From the NCBI GenBank assembly GCA_028826165.1, contig JAPDFW010000088.1, positions 62,001-126,000 on the forward strand: a DNA stretch of 64,000 nt, given 5' to 3'. The notes beneath the pieces are model-generated. The model worked only from the letters and a program-made list of their open reading frames with translations, ran no database searches and was not told where the DNA came from. The stretch's first letter is position 1. Every line of letters starts with the position of its first letter. A program made the translations under genes and the position numbers. Source of the DNA: Anaeramoeba ignava BMAN (taxonomy: Eukaryota > Protista > Anaeramoebae). Below are positions 12,845 to 26,517 of this stretch, one piece after another.

Positions 12845-15800
12845 TCAAAAATTATAACTTCCTTTTTTCTTGTTAAATTTTAGTTTATATTTGTGTTCAT
12901 ATAATGAACTAACCAAATCCAAACCTGCTTTATAATTTTCACGAGTAACAATTGAATTAAACAATTTTGAACAAACTGGAGTAGTAGAAATACAATAATA
13001 AAATTTTGCGATATTCTATTAAAATAATTTTAAATAATTATAATTAATTTGAATTAAATATTTATAAAAGAAATATTTTTTAAATGTTCAGTTTACAATA
13101 AATATCCTTCCAAATGAATCCAAATGAGTTTTAAAAATCATATGATAAGAAACAAATAAAGATTGTTCATTTAAAAAATCTGACACCATTTTTGCATCTT
13201 TTTCCTTTAATTTGCTTAGCTTTTTTTGAGTAGAATCATAAAACAACTTTCTTTTTCTCTTTTCGTTATCATGAATAAACATTTCAGAATTAAAAATCAA
13301 ACACAGAAAATCAAATCCATAAATTATAACTGGTGGATTATTTGCTGGTGAAATAAGTTCAAGAATTGACTTGAAAATCTTATTTTTGATCAATTTAGAC
13401 AGAAAATTTGGATGAAAATGAATCAATTCAAATAAAAACCACCATAAATTACTAACTAAATTAAAATCTGTTTGTTCTTTTATAAACTTGATAATCGACA
13501 CAATAAAGTTATTATTTTCATCCACATATTTAAATATATTTTTATAGCTCATTAGGATTCTTAAAATTGATATAAAATGGATTTTCATTGGATCCAAAGT
13601 TTTTGATGCTTTGGAAATTATTGAGAGAATAATTTCGAAATGATCGTATGTAATCACAAGAAAAGAATTGATGATATTCATATCTGTGACATTCCGTGGT
13701 ATTTCTGTTTTAATACAATCAACAACAGCAAATTTTTTAACCATCATTTTCATAATTTTTGACATAAATACAAGAGTTTCAAAAGAATGCCCTTTATTTA
13801 CATAATCTTCAATTTGAACTAGCAAATCAAAAAATAATTTCCCTCTTAATAGTGCTAAATAATATGATGGCGATTTGCTATTTTGTATCTCTCCAAATAT
13901 TGTTTTCAGAAAAATATAAACAAGAAAATTCATCAATGGCGATTTTTGTGTTCCAATTTCTTCAATTTCTTTATTTTCTTTTGTTTCGGTAATGATATCA
14001 GGCTTGAAATCTGTAATAAGCATAAAGTATTCCTTAGAATATCTTGATACAAGAAATTCTTGCCATTTCTTATCTGAAACTAATGTTTCCCAAAATTTCT
14101 TGCTTGCTAATTGAACATGTGAAAATTTACTTTTGCTTAATTTTCGGATATTTCCAAGAATATTAATATCATTTGATTGAAGAATACGCTTTTTGTTTTT
14201 TAATAAAATGAATATATATATTTATTTATTAAATATTTTTATTGAATATTTCTTGATAACCTTACAATCATAGAATCAGTTGAATGATTCAAAAATTTCT
14301 TTAATATAAATGAATAATATTCTGAAACTGAAAAAGAATTTGATCCAATTCCACTAAACAATCTTTTTTCAACATTTGAAACACTTTTCTTCAATTCGGA
14401 TTCAATTAAAACTTCTAAATGGTTAAGTTTTTGGGAAATTTCTTTTGATGTAGTTACATAAAGAAACATATTTTCTTCAGTTGATATTCTCTTTTGGATA
14501 ACTGAAAGATAGTAATGAGTCAATAAAGTCAACTCTAATTCCAAATCAATTTTATTTTCTTTTTCATCTTCCTTAATCTAATTAATTTTGTTTTCGAATT
14601 TAAATTTAAATTAAATTCATTTTTGAATTTTATTTTTGAATTTACAAGTTGAGAAACATATTTAATTTCTTCAGAAAATGGAAATATTGGATATTTTTTT
14701 CCTGTTAAAAGACTCATTGAATATGCGATATAATATAAATTAATAATATCATTATTCTGAACAAATCTTGATATTAAAGAACGTCCAAATGATGTTTGTA
14801 AAACTTCAGAAACTAATCGAGCAACCTAAATATTCATCAAAAAACAAACAAACAAACAAACAAAAAACCATTTAATAAAAAATTTTTTTTCCTTGAATTC
14901 AAATATTTGATTTTGAATCAAACTTTAGTTTGTGTAAGAAAAGAACATGAATCGTTTAATAAAGAAAGAATTTCATGGAAATTTTCAGATTTAATCGCTG
15001 TTAAAAGAGCAGAACCAAATGTTTGTTCTTCAAAATTAAATGTTGTTTGCTCATCTATTAAATGTGCAAAGAAATCTAATGGTGTTGATTGATATAGAAT
15101 CTTTCGAACATCTCCAGTTGTAAGACATTCTTTTCCTTTTATTATCTCTTCCATTTTACGTCTTTCCGTTTTAAAAAGCTTATTGTTTGTTTTTTTTTTT
15201 TTGATTAAAATTTAAAAATTTTTTCTTCATTTATCTGGAATTATGATTTGTTGATAATTTACAATTTCTTCATGAAAATTGCTTGGATTTTTATGAAAAT
15301 CAACAGTATCTAGCCAACTTTTATTATCTATATAATTTATAATTTCTTGAAGATGAGTAAGATAATTTTTATCTGTGGATAATCTTTTTAAATCGAAAGG
15401 TTCTGGAATATCATAATCTTCAATTTTGAAATGTTGGTATTTTTTCTAAAAATTTGATAATTTGATAAATTCATAATTATTTTTTTTTTGAATAAATTTT
15501 TTTTATACATCAACATTTGGTAAGAAAGAAAAAGAATTTTGAAGAACAGATTGAGATAAATCTTTTCGGCGAAGAGCAAATGAACTAAGATTATTAAGAG
15601 AAGAGAATCCAGGATCAAGTATATTTAAATTCAAATCAGGATTTGGGGATAATTCGCCAAATTTTAAATCTTGAGAAGGAATTAATTTAGCTTTAATTAT
15701 TCCAATTGGTTGTTTCGCATGATTACAATATATATTACGATTCTGATCCTGAAGTTGAGCAATTTTATCAAAAAATTGTATTATTAATTTTTTTTCCCAT

Positions 15801-17583
15801 TCTTTTCTTTCTTTTTCTATTTCTTGTTTTGATTGTTCAGAATTTTTTGTGACTTGAAATTCAACAACATAAAAGAAATCAGAGTCATCATCTGAATCAG
15901 AACTAATTTCTTTTTCTACTTCTTTTTCTTTTTCTTTTTCTATTTCTTTTTCTTTTTCTAAATTTTGTTCATTTGTTTGAATATTTTCTTCTGTTTTTTG
16001 ATCATAAATTCCCAAATTTAATTCCATTTCTAAATTACTTGGAATGTTATTTTGCTTTTTTATATTTTGAATTGCATCTTTTCCAGAAATTATTGAGTGT
16101 AGTTGAAAAAATTGGTTAATTTTACTTGCCCATGAAAAATGTTTATTTAAATATCCAATCTTTCTCTCTAATTTGATAGTTTTCTGTAATAAATTTTAAA
16201 ATATTTACAGATATTTGAATGAAATTTTTGGATTTTATTTTAAATGGTGAATTTTTTTTTTTTACTGAATTTTTGGAAAAATTTTTAACCCATCCTTGAG
16301 TTTGTTTCTTTCTTTCTTTTCCAGTTCGAAGTCCATAAAGAAATTGAAATTGGTTTGGATGAGGTGGTTGTTGCTTTAAATTTTTGTTAATATAATTTGC
16401 CCAATTTATATAAGCGAATTCATATTCTAATAAAAATTAAATTAAAATAAAATTTAAAATTAAAATCAAAATTAAAATTAAATAAAAAAACAAACCTTCA
16501 AAACTTGTAAAATATTGTGGTTGTGGGCGAGAAGGTATTAAATCATTACTCCACTTATCTTTAGGTTTAATTAATAAATGGCTATTCTCATAAAATGCAG
16601 GAACAAATTTCTAAAAATTAAATTAAAATTAAATAAAATTTAGAATTAAATTCAAATTCATTTCATTTAAAATACTTCAATTATTTCTGAATCTGAAACT
16701 TTTGATAAATCAGAAGAATCTGAATGAACAATTTCCATTTTAGTAAATCCAGAAGAAGAATGTCTACTAATAGATTTTGGATTTCCAGATGAAGTTCTTC
16801 GTGTTTCTGCACTTAATGATTTTTCTCCAGAAGGTCCTCTTTTAGAAATCTTATAAAATTTAATTATAAAATTAAATAATAAATTTAATTATAAATTTTT
16901 CAAGTTTGTTTTTCGAATTCACATTTTCTCTGTGTAATCGAGGTCTTTGATAATTTCTTCCTAAACAATGTGGAAGCTTAATATAATCTATTTGATTTGC
17001 AATTAATCGCTTCCATTCAAATGCTTCTTGTTCAAATTGTGAATAAGATACATAATTATCAGGATTTGGAAATTTAGGAAGATTTTTTAAAAAATTGAAA
17101 TCATCTTTTTCTATTTTCTTGTTTTGTTCTTTTTCTTTTTCTTTTTCTTTTTTTTAAATGGATTTTTAAATGAATTTTTAAATGAATTTTTAAATGGAAA
17201 TTTTAAATGGATTTTTAAATGAAATTTTTTTACCTTCAATCGTTTCTAAACTACGATAAAAGATATCATGTATTTCCCCTTGAAAACCAATAAAAGCAGA
17301 TTTTTGTTTATCATTTTGTAATTGAAAATTTTTTGATTCTATTTTAGGAACTTGAGAACTTGTATATGATTTATTATCTAAATTATTTAAAGCAAAAATA
17401 AATTATTTTTTTTATTTTAAATTTATAATTTTTAATTTTTGGTTTTTTTCTTTTTTAAGTAAATTTTTTACCTGATGTAAAGCATATAATTTGATCTTCA
17501 GATACTTTATTTAAAGAATTTATAGGAGATTGATTCTTTCGAAGTGTTAATTTATCAAAAAGTCTTGACTTTTTATGTTTCAT
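12845..17583 (-). CDS. Sca1-complex scaffold ScaA-like protein, ~13 exons
   Basis: All joins are GT-AG and in frame. Repeated motifs PKFPNPDNYVSYSQFEQEAFEWK and DKWSNDLIPSRPQPQYFTSFEEYEFAYINW..PPHPNQF, plus ALRRKDL and YDIPEPFD, resemble Dictyostelium ScaA. The C-terminus is helical (ARM-like). Confidence 0.62.
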
Positions 17584-17989
17584 TATTAAAAACTGGAATA
17601 TCCAATTGTTTTATTTTATTTTGTTTTATTTTCGTTTTCTTTTTAAAATTTTCTTTTTGATGTTTTTTTTTAATTTGATTTAATTTAATTTAATTTAATT
17701 TAATTTAAATTCAAATTTTAAATTCAAATTCAGGAATGAAATTAAAAGAAAAAATGAAAAAAAAATTAAAAATTAAAAATTAAAAAAAATTTTTTTTTGA
17801 TTTAAAAAGAAAAAAGCAAAAAATAAAAAAAAAATTTGATTTTATTTGATAAAAAAGAAAGAAAAATAATTTATTTGCCAGATTCGAATTGATCTTTATT
17901 TAATTTTCTTTTTCTTTTCTAAAAGAAAAACTATACAAATCAAATTGAAAAAAGTGAAAGAAAAAAAAAATATATTTTTTTTTTGTTTT

Positions 17990-20900
17990 CTAAAAAATTT
18001 GACAGTTATTTCCTTTTTTAGGTGTTCCTTCATCACTTTGAATATCAATGTTTTCTTCAATGTTAATATCAATGTCACTTTTGTTAATTATTTCAATTTC
18101 ATCTTCTATTTCTTTTGTTTTTGTTTTTGGATTTGGATTTTGATTTGAATTTGAATTTGGATAATAAGAAACATAAGGAGAAGCACTTTTTTAAAACAAA
18201 AAAAATGTGGAACAAAAAAAAATGAGAAATTTTAAATTTTTTTAAATTTTTTTTTTTACGTAAAAGTTGGAAGATAATCTGCTTCCAATTCCCAATCATA
18301 TTTAAAATCAATCCCAAAACATTTTTGATTGTATTCATTCAATAATAAATTTTTTATAAAATCATAATTTGGTTCATCTTCAAATTTTAATTCTATTTTT
18401 TTAATGAAAAAAAAAATCAAATAAAATTTCTATTTTAAATATTTTAAATATTTTCTATTTTAAATATTTTCTATTTTAAATAATATCTATTTTAAATATT
18501 TTCTATTTTAAATATTTTCTATTTTAAATATTTTCTATTTTAAATATTATCTATTTTAATTAAATATTTTCTATTTTAAATATTTTCTATTTTAAATATT
18601 TTCTATTTTTTTATCTATTTTAAATATTTTCTGTTGGAAAACAAAATTCTTTATTTTTAATATTTTCTATTTTAAATAATCTTTTCAATTAAATTTTCTA
18701 TTTTAAATATTTTTGATCATTTTTATTTTTCAAATATATTTTTGTTTTTTTTTAAATATAATCTATTTTAAATATTTTCTATTTTTGAATATTATCTATT
18801 TTAAATATTATCTATTTTAATTAAATATTTTCTATTTTAAATATTTTCTATTTTAAATATTTTCTATTTTAAATATTTTCTATTTTAAATTTTATTTTAT
18901 TTTAAATATTAGGTGAAAGAATATTTTCTATTTTGAAATAATTTCTATTTTAAAATTTTTTTTTTTTAAATATTTTCAATGAGAAAAATATTTTAAAAAT
19001 GGATTTTTAAAAACAAAATATTTTAAATATTTTCTATTTTAAATATTTCTGATTTTTAAATATTATCTATTTTAAAAAAAATATCTAGAAAAATTCTTTA
19101 TTAACATTTTCATTTTAAATATTATCTATTTTAAATATTTTCTATTTTAAATATTTTCTATTTTAAATATTTTCTATTTTAAATATTTTCTATTTTAAAT
19201 ATTTTCTATTTTTATTTTAAATATTTTCTATTTTAAATATTTTCAATATTCTATTTTAAATATTTTCTATTTTAAATATTTTCTATTTTAAATATTTTCT
19301 ATTTTAAATATTTTCTATTTTAAATATTTTCTATTTTAAATATTTTTATATTTTAAATATTAAATATTTAAATATTTTCATTTTAAATATTTTCTATTGG
19401 AAGTTTTTTTAAAATGATTTGTATTTGGAAAATATTTTAAGTTATTTTTCTATTTTCAAATATTTTTTTTTGAAATATTTTCTATTTTAAAAAGGAAGAA
19501 ACTATTTTAAAATTTTCTATTTTTATAAATAAAGATATTTTAAAATCATCTGTTTTAAATATTTTCTAATCTAAATTTTTTAATTTTTAAATTTCAAAAT
19601 ATTTTCTATTTTAAAATTTTATTTTTTCAAAATGGATTTTAAATTTTTCTATTTTAAAATTTTCAAAAATTTACATTTTTATTTTTATGTTTAAAGAGAA
19701 ATATTTTAAAATTTTCCAATAAAATTTTCATTTTAAAATTTTCTATTTTGGCTTTTTGAAATTGAAATTGAATTTTGAATTTGAATTTTAAAAATTTTGA
19801 ATTTGAAAATTTAATTTTAAATATTTTGATTTTTTGTATTTTAAATATTTTCTATTTTAAATATTGATCTATTTTTAAATTTTGAATTTGAATTTTTGAA
19901 TTTAAAATTTTGAAATTTTAATTTTTTTAAAATATTTTCTATTTTAAAATTTTTATTTTTTTAAATATTTTTTTGATTTTGATTTTAAATATTTTCTATT
20001 TTTAAAATATTTTCTATTTTTAAATATTTTTTTGGAATTTTAATTTGAATTTTTTTTTAAAATTTGAATTTTGAATATTTTCTATTTTAAATATTTTCTA
20101 TTTTGAATTTGATTTTAAATATTTGATTTGAATTTTGAATTTGAATTTGAATTTTAAATTTGATTTTTAAATTTATTTTGAATTTTAAATTTTTTTTGAT
20201 TTTGATTTTGATTTTTTTGATTTTGAATTTTTTGAATTTTGAATTTAATTTGATTTTTTTGATTTTAAAATTTTGATTTTTGAATTTTGAATATTTTGAT
20301 TTTTTGATTTTGAATTTTGAATTTTGAATTTGAATTTGAATTTTGATTTTAAATTTTGATTTTGAATTTGAATTTGAATTTTGAATTTCTATTTTAAAAT
20401 TTTGATTTTTGATTTTAATTTTATAAATACTTCCAAAAGTTTTCCATCTTCAGAAATGAATTTTTCAGATATTCCAAAATCAATAATACAACATTGAGGT
20501 AATTCAACACTAGAATCGTTTAAAAAGGTATTATTTCTTATTAAAAAATTTGACTGAATTTTTTTCAAATTCAATTTCAATTCACAAAATTTTTTTTGAT
20601 TTAACTAAATGAAAATTAAATAATTTAATGAACAATAAATACAGGTTTCACATCTCTATGTAAATATCCAAGTTTATGTAAAGATTCAAGAGCAGAAATC
20701 ATCTTAAATTAAATGAAAATTTTTTAATTAAAATTATTTTTCATAATTTTCTTTTCTTTTTTTTTTGTTTTTAAAACAAACTTGAATTCCTATTTTAAGA
20801 ATTGTTGAAATTGTAAATTTAGATTCAGCTTGTTTTTTTCTAAGTTTAGTAATATTTTCTCCAAGAAGTTCCATAACAAGAAAGTTAAATTGTTTTGTTT

Positions 20901-22170
20901 TTCCACAAGCAATGAATTTTGGAACATATAATGATTCTAATTTAAATTTAAATTTTGAATTTGAATTTGAATTTAAATTTTGAATTTGAATTTGAATTTA
21001 AATTTTGAATTTGAATTTGAATTGATTTTGAATTGAAATTTGAATTGAATTTGAATTTGAATTTGGATTTTGAATTTGATTTTGAATTTGAATTGATTTT
21101 GATTTTGATTTTGATTTTGATTTTGATTTGAATTTGAATTTGATTTTGATTTTGAATTTGATTTTGAATTTGAATTTGAATTTGAATTTTGAATTTGAAT
21201 TTGAATTTGAATTTTGATTTTGATTTTGATTTTGATTTTGAATTTGAATTTGAATTTTATAAATACTTCCAAAAGTTTTCCATCTTCAGAAATGAATTTT
21301 TCAGATATTCCAAAATCAATAATACAACATTGAGGTAATTCAACACTAGAATCGTTTAAAAAGGTATTATTTCTTATTAAAAAATTTGACTGAATTTTTT
21401 TCAAATTCAATTTCAATTCACAAAATTTTTTTTGATTTAACTAAATGAAAATTAAATAATTTAATGAACAATAAATACAGGTTTCACATCTCTATGTAAA
21501 TATCCAAGTTTATGTAAAGATTCAAGAGCAGAAATCATCTTAAATTAAAAGAAAATTTTTTAATTAAAATTATTTTTCATAATTTTCTTTTCTTTTTTTT
21601 TTGTTTTTAAAACAAACTTGAATTCCTATTTTAAGAATTGTTGAAATTGTAAATTTAGATTCAGCTTGTTTTTTTCTAAGTTTAGTAATATTTTCTCCAA
21701 GAAGTTCCATAACAAGAAAGTTAAATTGTTTTGTTTTTCCACAAGCAATGAATTTTGGAACATATAATGATTCTAATTTAAATTAAAATTGAATTTGAAT
21801 TTGAATTTGGGAATAAATTTGAATTTGAATTTGGAAATGGAATTGGAATTGAAATTAAAATTGAATTTGGGAATAAATTTTTTAAAAAAAAATTAAATAC
21901 TTTGTAAATTTGTGAGAACATTAGTTTCGTGTAAAAGTGATTTGGAAACATTTAAAGGTTCAACTTTCATTGCATAAAGTTGATTTGTATTAAGATCTTT
22001 AGCTTCGAAAATTTGTCCTAAAATAAAAAAATGATGATTAAATTAAATAAAGAAATGATGATTAAATTAAATAAAGAAATGATGATTAAATTAAATAAAG
22101 AAATACCATAAGCTCCTTCTCCTATTTTCTTTGTTAAAACCCAACGATTTTTTACAAAAGAATTTAACAT
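17990..22170 (-). CDS. Casein kinase 1 / tau-tubulin kinase-like protein kinase ending in CaaX (CQIF); exons 3-5 duplicated and subdomains VIII-XI not recoverable
   Basis: KIGEGAYGQIF, AMKVE, LVMELLGENI, LHKLGYLHRDVKPSNF, IIDFGIS, then LKFEDEPNYDFIK..FKYDWE. The last exon ends KKGNNCQIF* at 17990. Confidence 0.8.
18420..20410. repeat. Degenerate (TTTTAAATATTTTCTA)n and (TTTGAA)n tract, apparently low-quality consensus
   Basis: A noisy 16-mer repeat is interrupted by short garbled non-repeat islands. Confidence 0.75.
20417..21785 (-). repeat. Near-identical tandem duplication (~530 bp, offset 836) of kinase exons 3-5 with their introns
   Basis: 20417-20948 matches 21253-21785. The ORF-track peptides at 20389 and 20973 begin identically. 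Confidence 0.92.
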
Positions 22171-22426
22171 TAAAAAAAAAGAAAAAAAGGGAAAAAAAAT
22201 GAAAAAAAAAAATGAAAAAAAATTTTGAGAAATTGTTTTGATCATTTTCATTTTTATTTTATTTTAAATTTGAAATTGATTTGAAATTGATTTTAATTTT
22301 GAAATTGATTTAAATTTTGATTTTGATTTAAATTTTGATTTAAATTTTGATTTTGATTTAGATTTTGATTTTAATTTTTATTTTTCATTTTTTTATTTTT
22401 CATTTTTCATTTTTTTTTTGTTCAAA

Positions 22427-23143
22427 ATGCAAAGATTGGATTCAGAAAGAACAGCTAATCAACTACGGTCATTTGAAACTGAATTTGACATAATTAAATC
22501 AGCAGATGGTTCAGTAAAATACAGTCAAGGAAAAACTACAGTGATAGTAGGAGTTTATGGACCAATAGAAGTGAAGCAGAAAAAAGAAAAAGCAGGAACT
22601 TCTTTTATTGAAGTGAGTGTAACTTCCGAAGATGGAATTCAACATGAAAGAGATATTGAATATGCTATTTTTATAAGAAACACACTTGAAAATGTTATTC
22701 ATACAAAAATGCATCCTTTAACGTCAATTACCGTTGCAATTCAAATAGTTTCTGATGATGGATCTTTATTCGCAACAATTATAAATGCTGTTTGTTTAAG
22801 TCTTTTGATTTGTGGAATTGAAATGAAATGTTTATTTAGTGCTACAAATTTTCTTATTGAAAAAAAAAATAACGAAATTAACAAAAAAATTTTTATTGAT
22901 CCTTTAAAAAGAGAAGAAGAAAATCAAATTCGCAAACAAAATGATAATATTCTTGATTCTTCTCAAAAAGCTTTGGTTACTATTGTTGTTGATAATGTTT
23001 CTTTTGCATCTTTGGCTATTTTTACTGATGGTTTAATTGATGAAAATGTTTTGTTTCGTTGTATTGAACTTTCAAAAATGTCTGGAAAAACTATATTTAA
23101 TTTTATCAAATTAGCCTTACAAAAAAAATTAGAAAAGAATTAA
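22427..23143 (+). CDS. EXOSC5: Exosome complex component RRP46 (RNase PH-like), intronless
   Basis: RLDSERTANQLR..ADGSVKYSQGKTTVIVGVYGP, IHTKMHPLTSITVAIQIVSDDGSLFATIINAVCLSLL..GIEMK, IDP..EE. The ATG is at 22427. Confidence 0.85.
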   Translation: MQRLDSERTANQLRSFETEFDIIKSADGSVKYSQGKTTVIVGVYGPIEVKQKKEKAGTSFIEVSVTSEDGIQHERDIEYAIFIRNTLENVIHTKMHPLTSITVAIQIVSDDGSLFATIINAVCLSLLICGIEMKCLFSATNFLIEKKNNEINKKIFIDPLKREEENQIRKQNDNILDSSQKALVTIVVDNVSFASLAIFTDGLIDENVLFRCIELSKMSGKTIFNFIKLALQKKLEKN

Positions 23144-23420
23144 TTTAATTTTAGAATTTATAATTTTAGGGAATGAATAAATAGGAAGATTCCAAAAAAT
23201 CATTTACAAAATTTAGAAAATAATTTACAAAATAATTAATAAAATAATTAATAAAATAATTAATATAATAATTTACAAAATAATTTATATAATAATTTAA
23301 AAATAATTAATATAATAATTAATATAATAATTTATAAAATAATTTATAAATAATTAATAAAATAATTAATATAATAATTTATAAAATAATTAATATAATA
23401 ATTAATATAATAATTTATAA

Positions 23421-24785
23421 AATATGAGAGATTTGAGGTGGAATTTTGAGGAATTCCGGAATTTGAAGGTTGAAATTTATTATTTTTTGGTTTTTTGGTT
23501 TTTATTGATTAAGTAATCCAATTTCCCAAAATTTGAATTTTCAGTGCGATTTCTTGATTTCTGATAATCTATGAAAAAGGGAGAAAAGATCATTTATTGT
23601 TTACTTTCTTTTTTTTGTTTTTCATCTTTTTTTTTCATCTTTTTCTTTGTTTTTTCCTTCATCCTCCAAGAATTGAATTTCGCTTTCTGTCTGTCCTATT
23701 CCTAGTGTTGCCATTTTCTTCCTCAATTTCCACTTCCTCTTTTTGATTTTGTAGTATGCAGTTTTGATGTTTGTTTCTATTCGGACAATATCTGTTGGTG
23801 TGCTTTTATTTATCTTTAGTATCGTCTTTAAATGTTAGTTGATTGTTTTAGAAAATTTGAAATAAGAATCTTTTTTTTGATGTTTACTCTTCTTCTATCA
23901 ATATAAAGCGAAAGTATCCTTATTGCTTCAGCACAATAAATTCTATTCTTTTGTGATTCTTCTTTTCTCCGCTTAAATCCACGCCGAAGATTCTTCATTT
24001 GGAATTGTTCAACTTCAAAATAGGTGTGTTAATTCTCACCTTACTTTAAAAGAATTTGTTTCATCTTCAATCTGTGATAGACTCCTCCCTGAAATGCACA
24101 ATACTTCCCGATAATCAATAGAAGTTTTGTGATTAATCCTTATGGTGTTGTTTCATCTAACAGTGAATATATTTGTTCAAACTCTTCTCGTGTTAAACCT
24201 ACATGACGATCCACTTCACCTTTTCCTTTTGTTGCCAAATCCCTCATTTTCTGATCTACAATTTGTTGAAATTGATAGAATTCAGAGTTGAAAAGATTAA
24301 CTTTTTTGTATTTCTGCAAAAAAAAAGAATTGAAAAAAAGAATTGGAAGAAAAAAGAAATCAAATTGAAAAATCAAAATCAAAATGATTCATATTCATTC
24401 ATTTTCGATTTGGGCAACCTTTCTTATTGTGTTCTATTTCTCCGCATTTGGAACATTTGTAAATTCTTCTTTTCAAAGATAGAGTTTGATTAATTATCTC
24501 ATCCTCTTTTCTTCAATGGAATGATCCTATTTTCATTCGAAATGGGATTATTGATCGTTTTCTTCACCAACTTCTGTGTAATGAATGAATCAACAATTTC
24601 TTCCTTTATGGATAAAATAGAGAATAATTTATCCAAATCATGGTTCTGGAAATTAAGCTTCTTGTGTTCCAACTCCCAAATTGTTTCATTGATTCCAATT
24701 TCTTTTGCGTATCTAATCCAGATATTTGGAAATTTGAATCGAATTTCGTTGAATTTTTTGATTCTAGAAAAGAATAATTTTTATT
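23421..24785 (-). mobile_element. Degenerate Crypton-like (DUF3504 tyrosine-recombinase) element, copy 1
   Basis: Broken minus-strand frames give NIWIRYAKEIGINETIWELEHKKLN and NLFNSEFYQFQQIVDQKMRDLATKGKGEVDRHVGLTREEFEQIYSLLDETTP*GLITKLLLIIGKYCAFQGGVYHRLKMKQI..YFEVEQFQMKNLRRG. Several stops are present. Confidence 0.58.
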
Positions 24786-25162
24786 AAAAATAATTTAAAA
24801 AATAATTTATAAATAATAATTTATAAAATAATTTAAAAAATCATTTATAAATAATTTATAAAATAATTTATAAAATAATTTATAAAATAATTTAAAAAAT
24901 AATTTATAAAATAATTTAAAAAATAATTTATATAATAATTAATAAAATAATTTATAAAATAATTAATATAATAATTAATATAATAATTAATATAATAATT
25001 AATATAATAATTTATAAAATAATTTATAAATAATTTATAAAATAATTAATATAATAATTAATAAAATAATTTATAAAATAATTAATATAAAATAATTAAT
25101 ATAATAATTTATAAAATAATTTATAAAATAATTTATAAAATAATTTATATAATAATTTATAA

Positions 25163-26517
25163 AATATGAGAGATTTGAGGTGGAATTTTGAGGAATTCCG
25201 GAATTTGAAGGTTGAAATTTATTATTTTTTGGTTTTTTGGTTTTTATTGATTAAGTAATCCAATTTCCCAAAATTTGAATTTTCAGTGCGATTTCTCGAT
25301 TTCTGATAATCTATGAAAAAGGAAGAAAAGATCATTTATTATTTACTTTCTTTTTTTTGTTTTTCATCTTTTTCTTTGTTTTTTCCTTCATCCTCCAAGA
25401 ATTGAATTTCGCTTTCTGTCTGTCCTATTCCTAGTGTTGCCATTTTCTTCCTCAATTTCCACTTCCTCTTTTTGATTTTGTAGTATGTAGTTTTGATGTT
25501 TGTTTCTATTCGGACAATATCTGTTGGTGTGCTTTTATTTATCTTTAGTATCGTCTTTAAATGTTAGTTGATTGCTTTAGAAAATTTGAAATAATAATCT
25601 TTTTTTTGATGTTTACTCTTCTTCTATCAAGATAAAGTGAAAGTATCCTTATTGCTTCAGCACAATAAATTCTATTCTTATGTGATTCTTCTTTTCTCCG
25701 CTTAAATCCACGCCGAAGATTCTTCATTTGGAATTGTTCAACTTCAAAATAGGTGTGTTAATTCTCACCTTACTTTAAAAGAATTTGTCTCATCTTCAAT
25801 CTGTGATAGACTCCTCCCTGAAATGCATAATACTTCCCGATAATCAATAGAACTTTTATGATTAATCCTTATGGTGTTGTTTCATCTAACAGTGAATATA
25901 TTTGTTCAAACTCTTCTCGTGTTAAACCTACATGACGATCCACTTCACCTTTTCCTTTTGTTGCCAAATCCTTCATTTTCTGATCTACAATTTGTTGAAA
26001 TTGATGGAATTCAGAGTTGAAAAGATTAACTTTTTTGTCTTTATGCAAAAAAAAAGAATTGAAAAAAAGAATTGGAAGAAAAAAGAAATCAAATTGAAAA
26101 ATCAAAATCAAAATGATTCATATTCATTCATTTTCGATTTGGGCAACCTTTCTTATTGTGTTCTATTTTTCCGCATTTGGAACATTTGTAAATTCTTCTT
26201 TTCAAAGATAGAGTTTGATTAATTATCTCATTCTCCTTTTCTTCAATGGAATGATCCTATTTTCATTCGAAATGGGATTATTGATCGTTTTCTTCACCAA
26301 CTTCTGTGTAATGAATGAATCAACAATTTCTTCCTTTATGGATAAAATAGAGAATAATTTATCCAAATCATGGTTCTGGAAATTAAGCTTCTTGTGTTCC
26401 AACTCCCAAATTGTTTCATTGATTCCAATTTCTTTTGCGTATCTAATCCAGATATTTTTGGAAATTTGGTTCGAATTTCGTTGAATTTTTTGATTCTAGA
26501 AAAGAATAATTTTTATT
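25163..26517 (-). mobile_element. Degenerate Crypton-like element, copy 2 (tandem, unit ~1.74 kb including AT spacer)
   Basis: Nearly identical to 23421-24785, with scattered substitutions and small indels. It shares the TAA stop after ETTP. Confidence 0.58.

Noticed and set aside
15179-15262. Non-canonical GA-AG intron in the ScaA-like gene
   Set aside because: An upstream canonical GTAAAT donor gives the same phase.
24203-26484. Plus-strand hydrophobic ORFs in the duplicated element
   Set aside because: Antisense shadows of the minus-strand Crypton-like frames.
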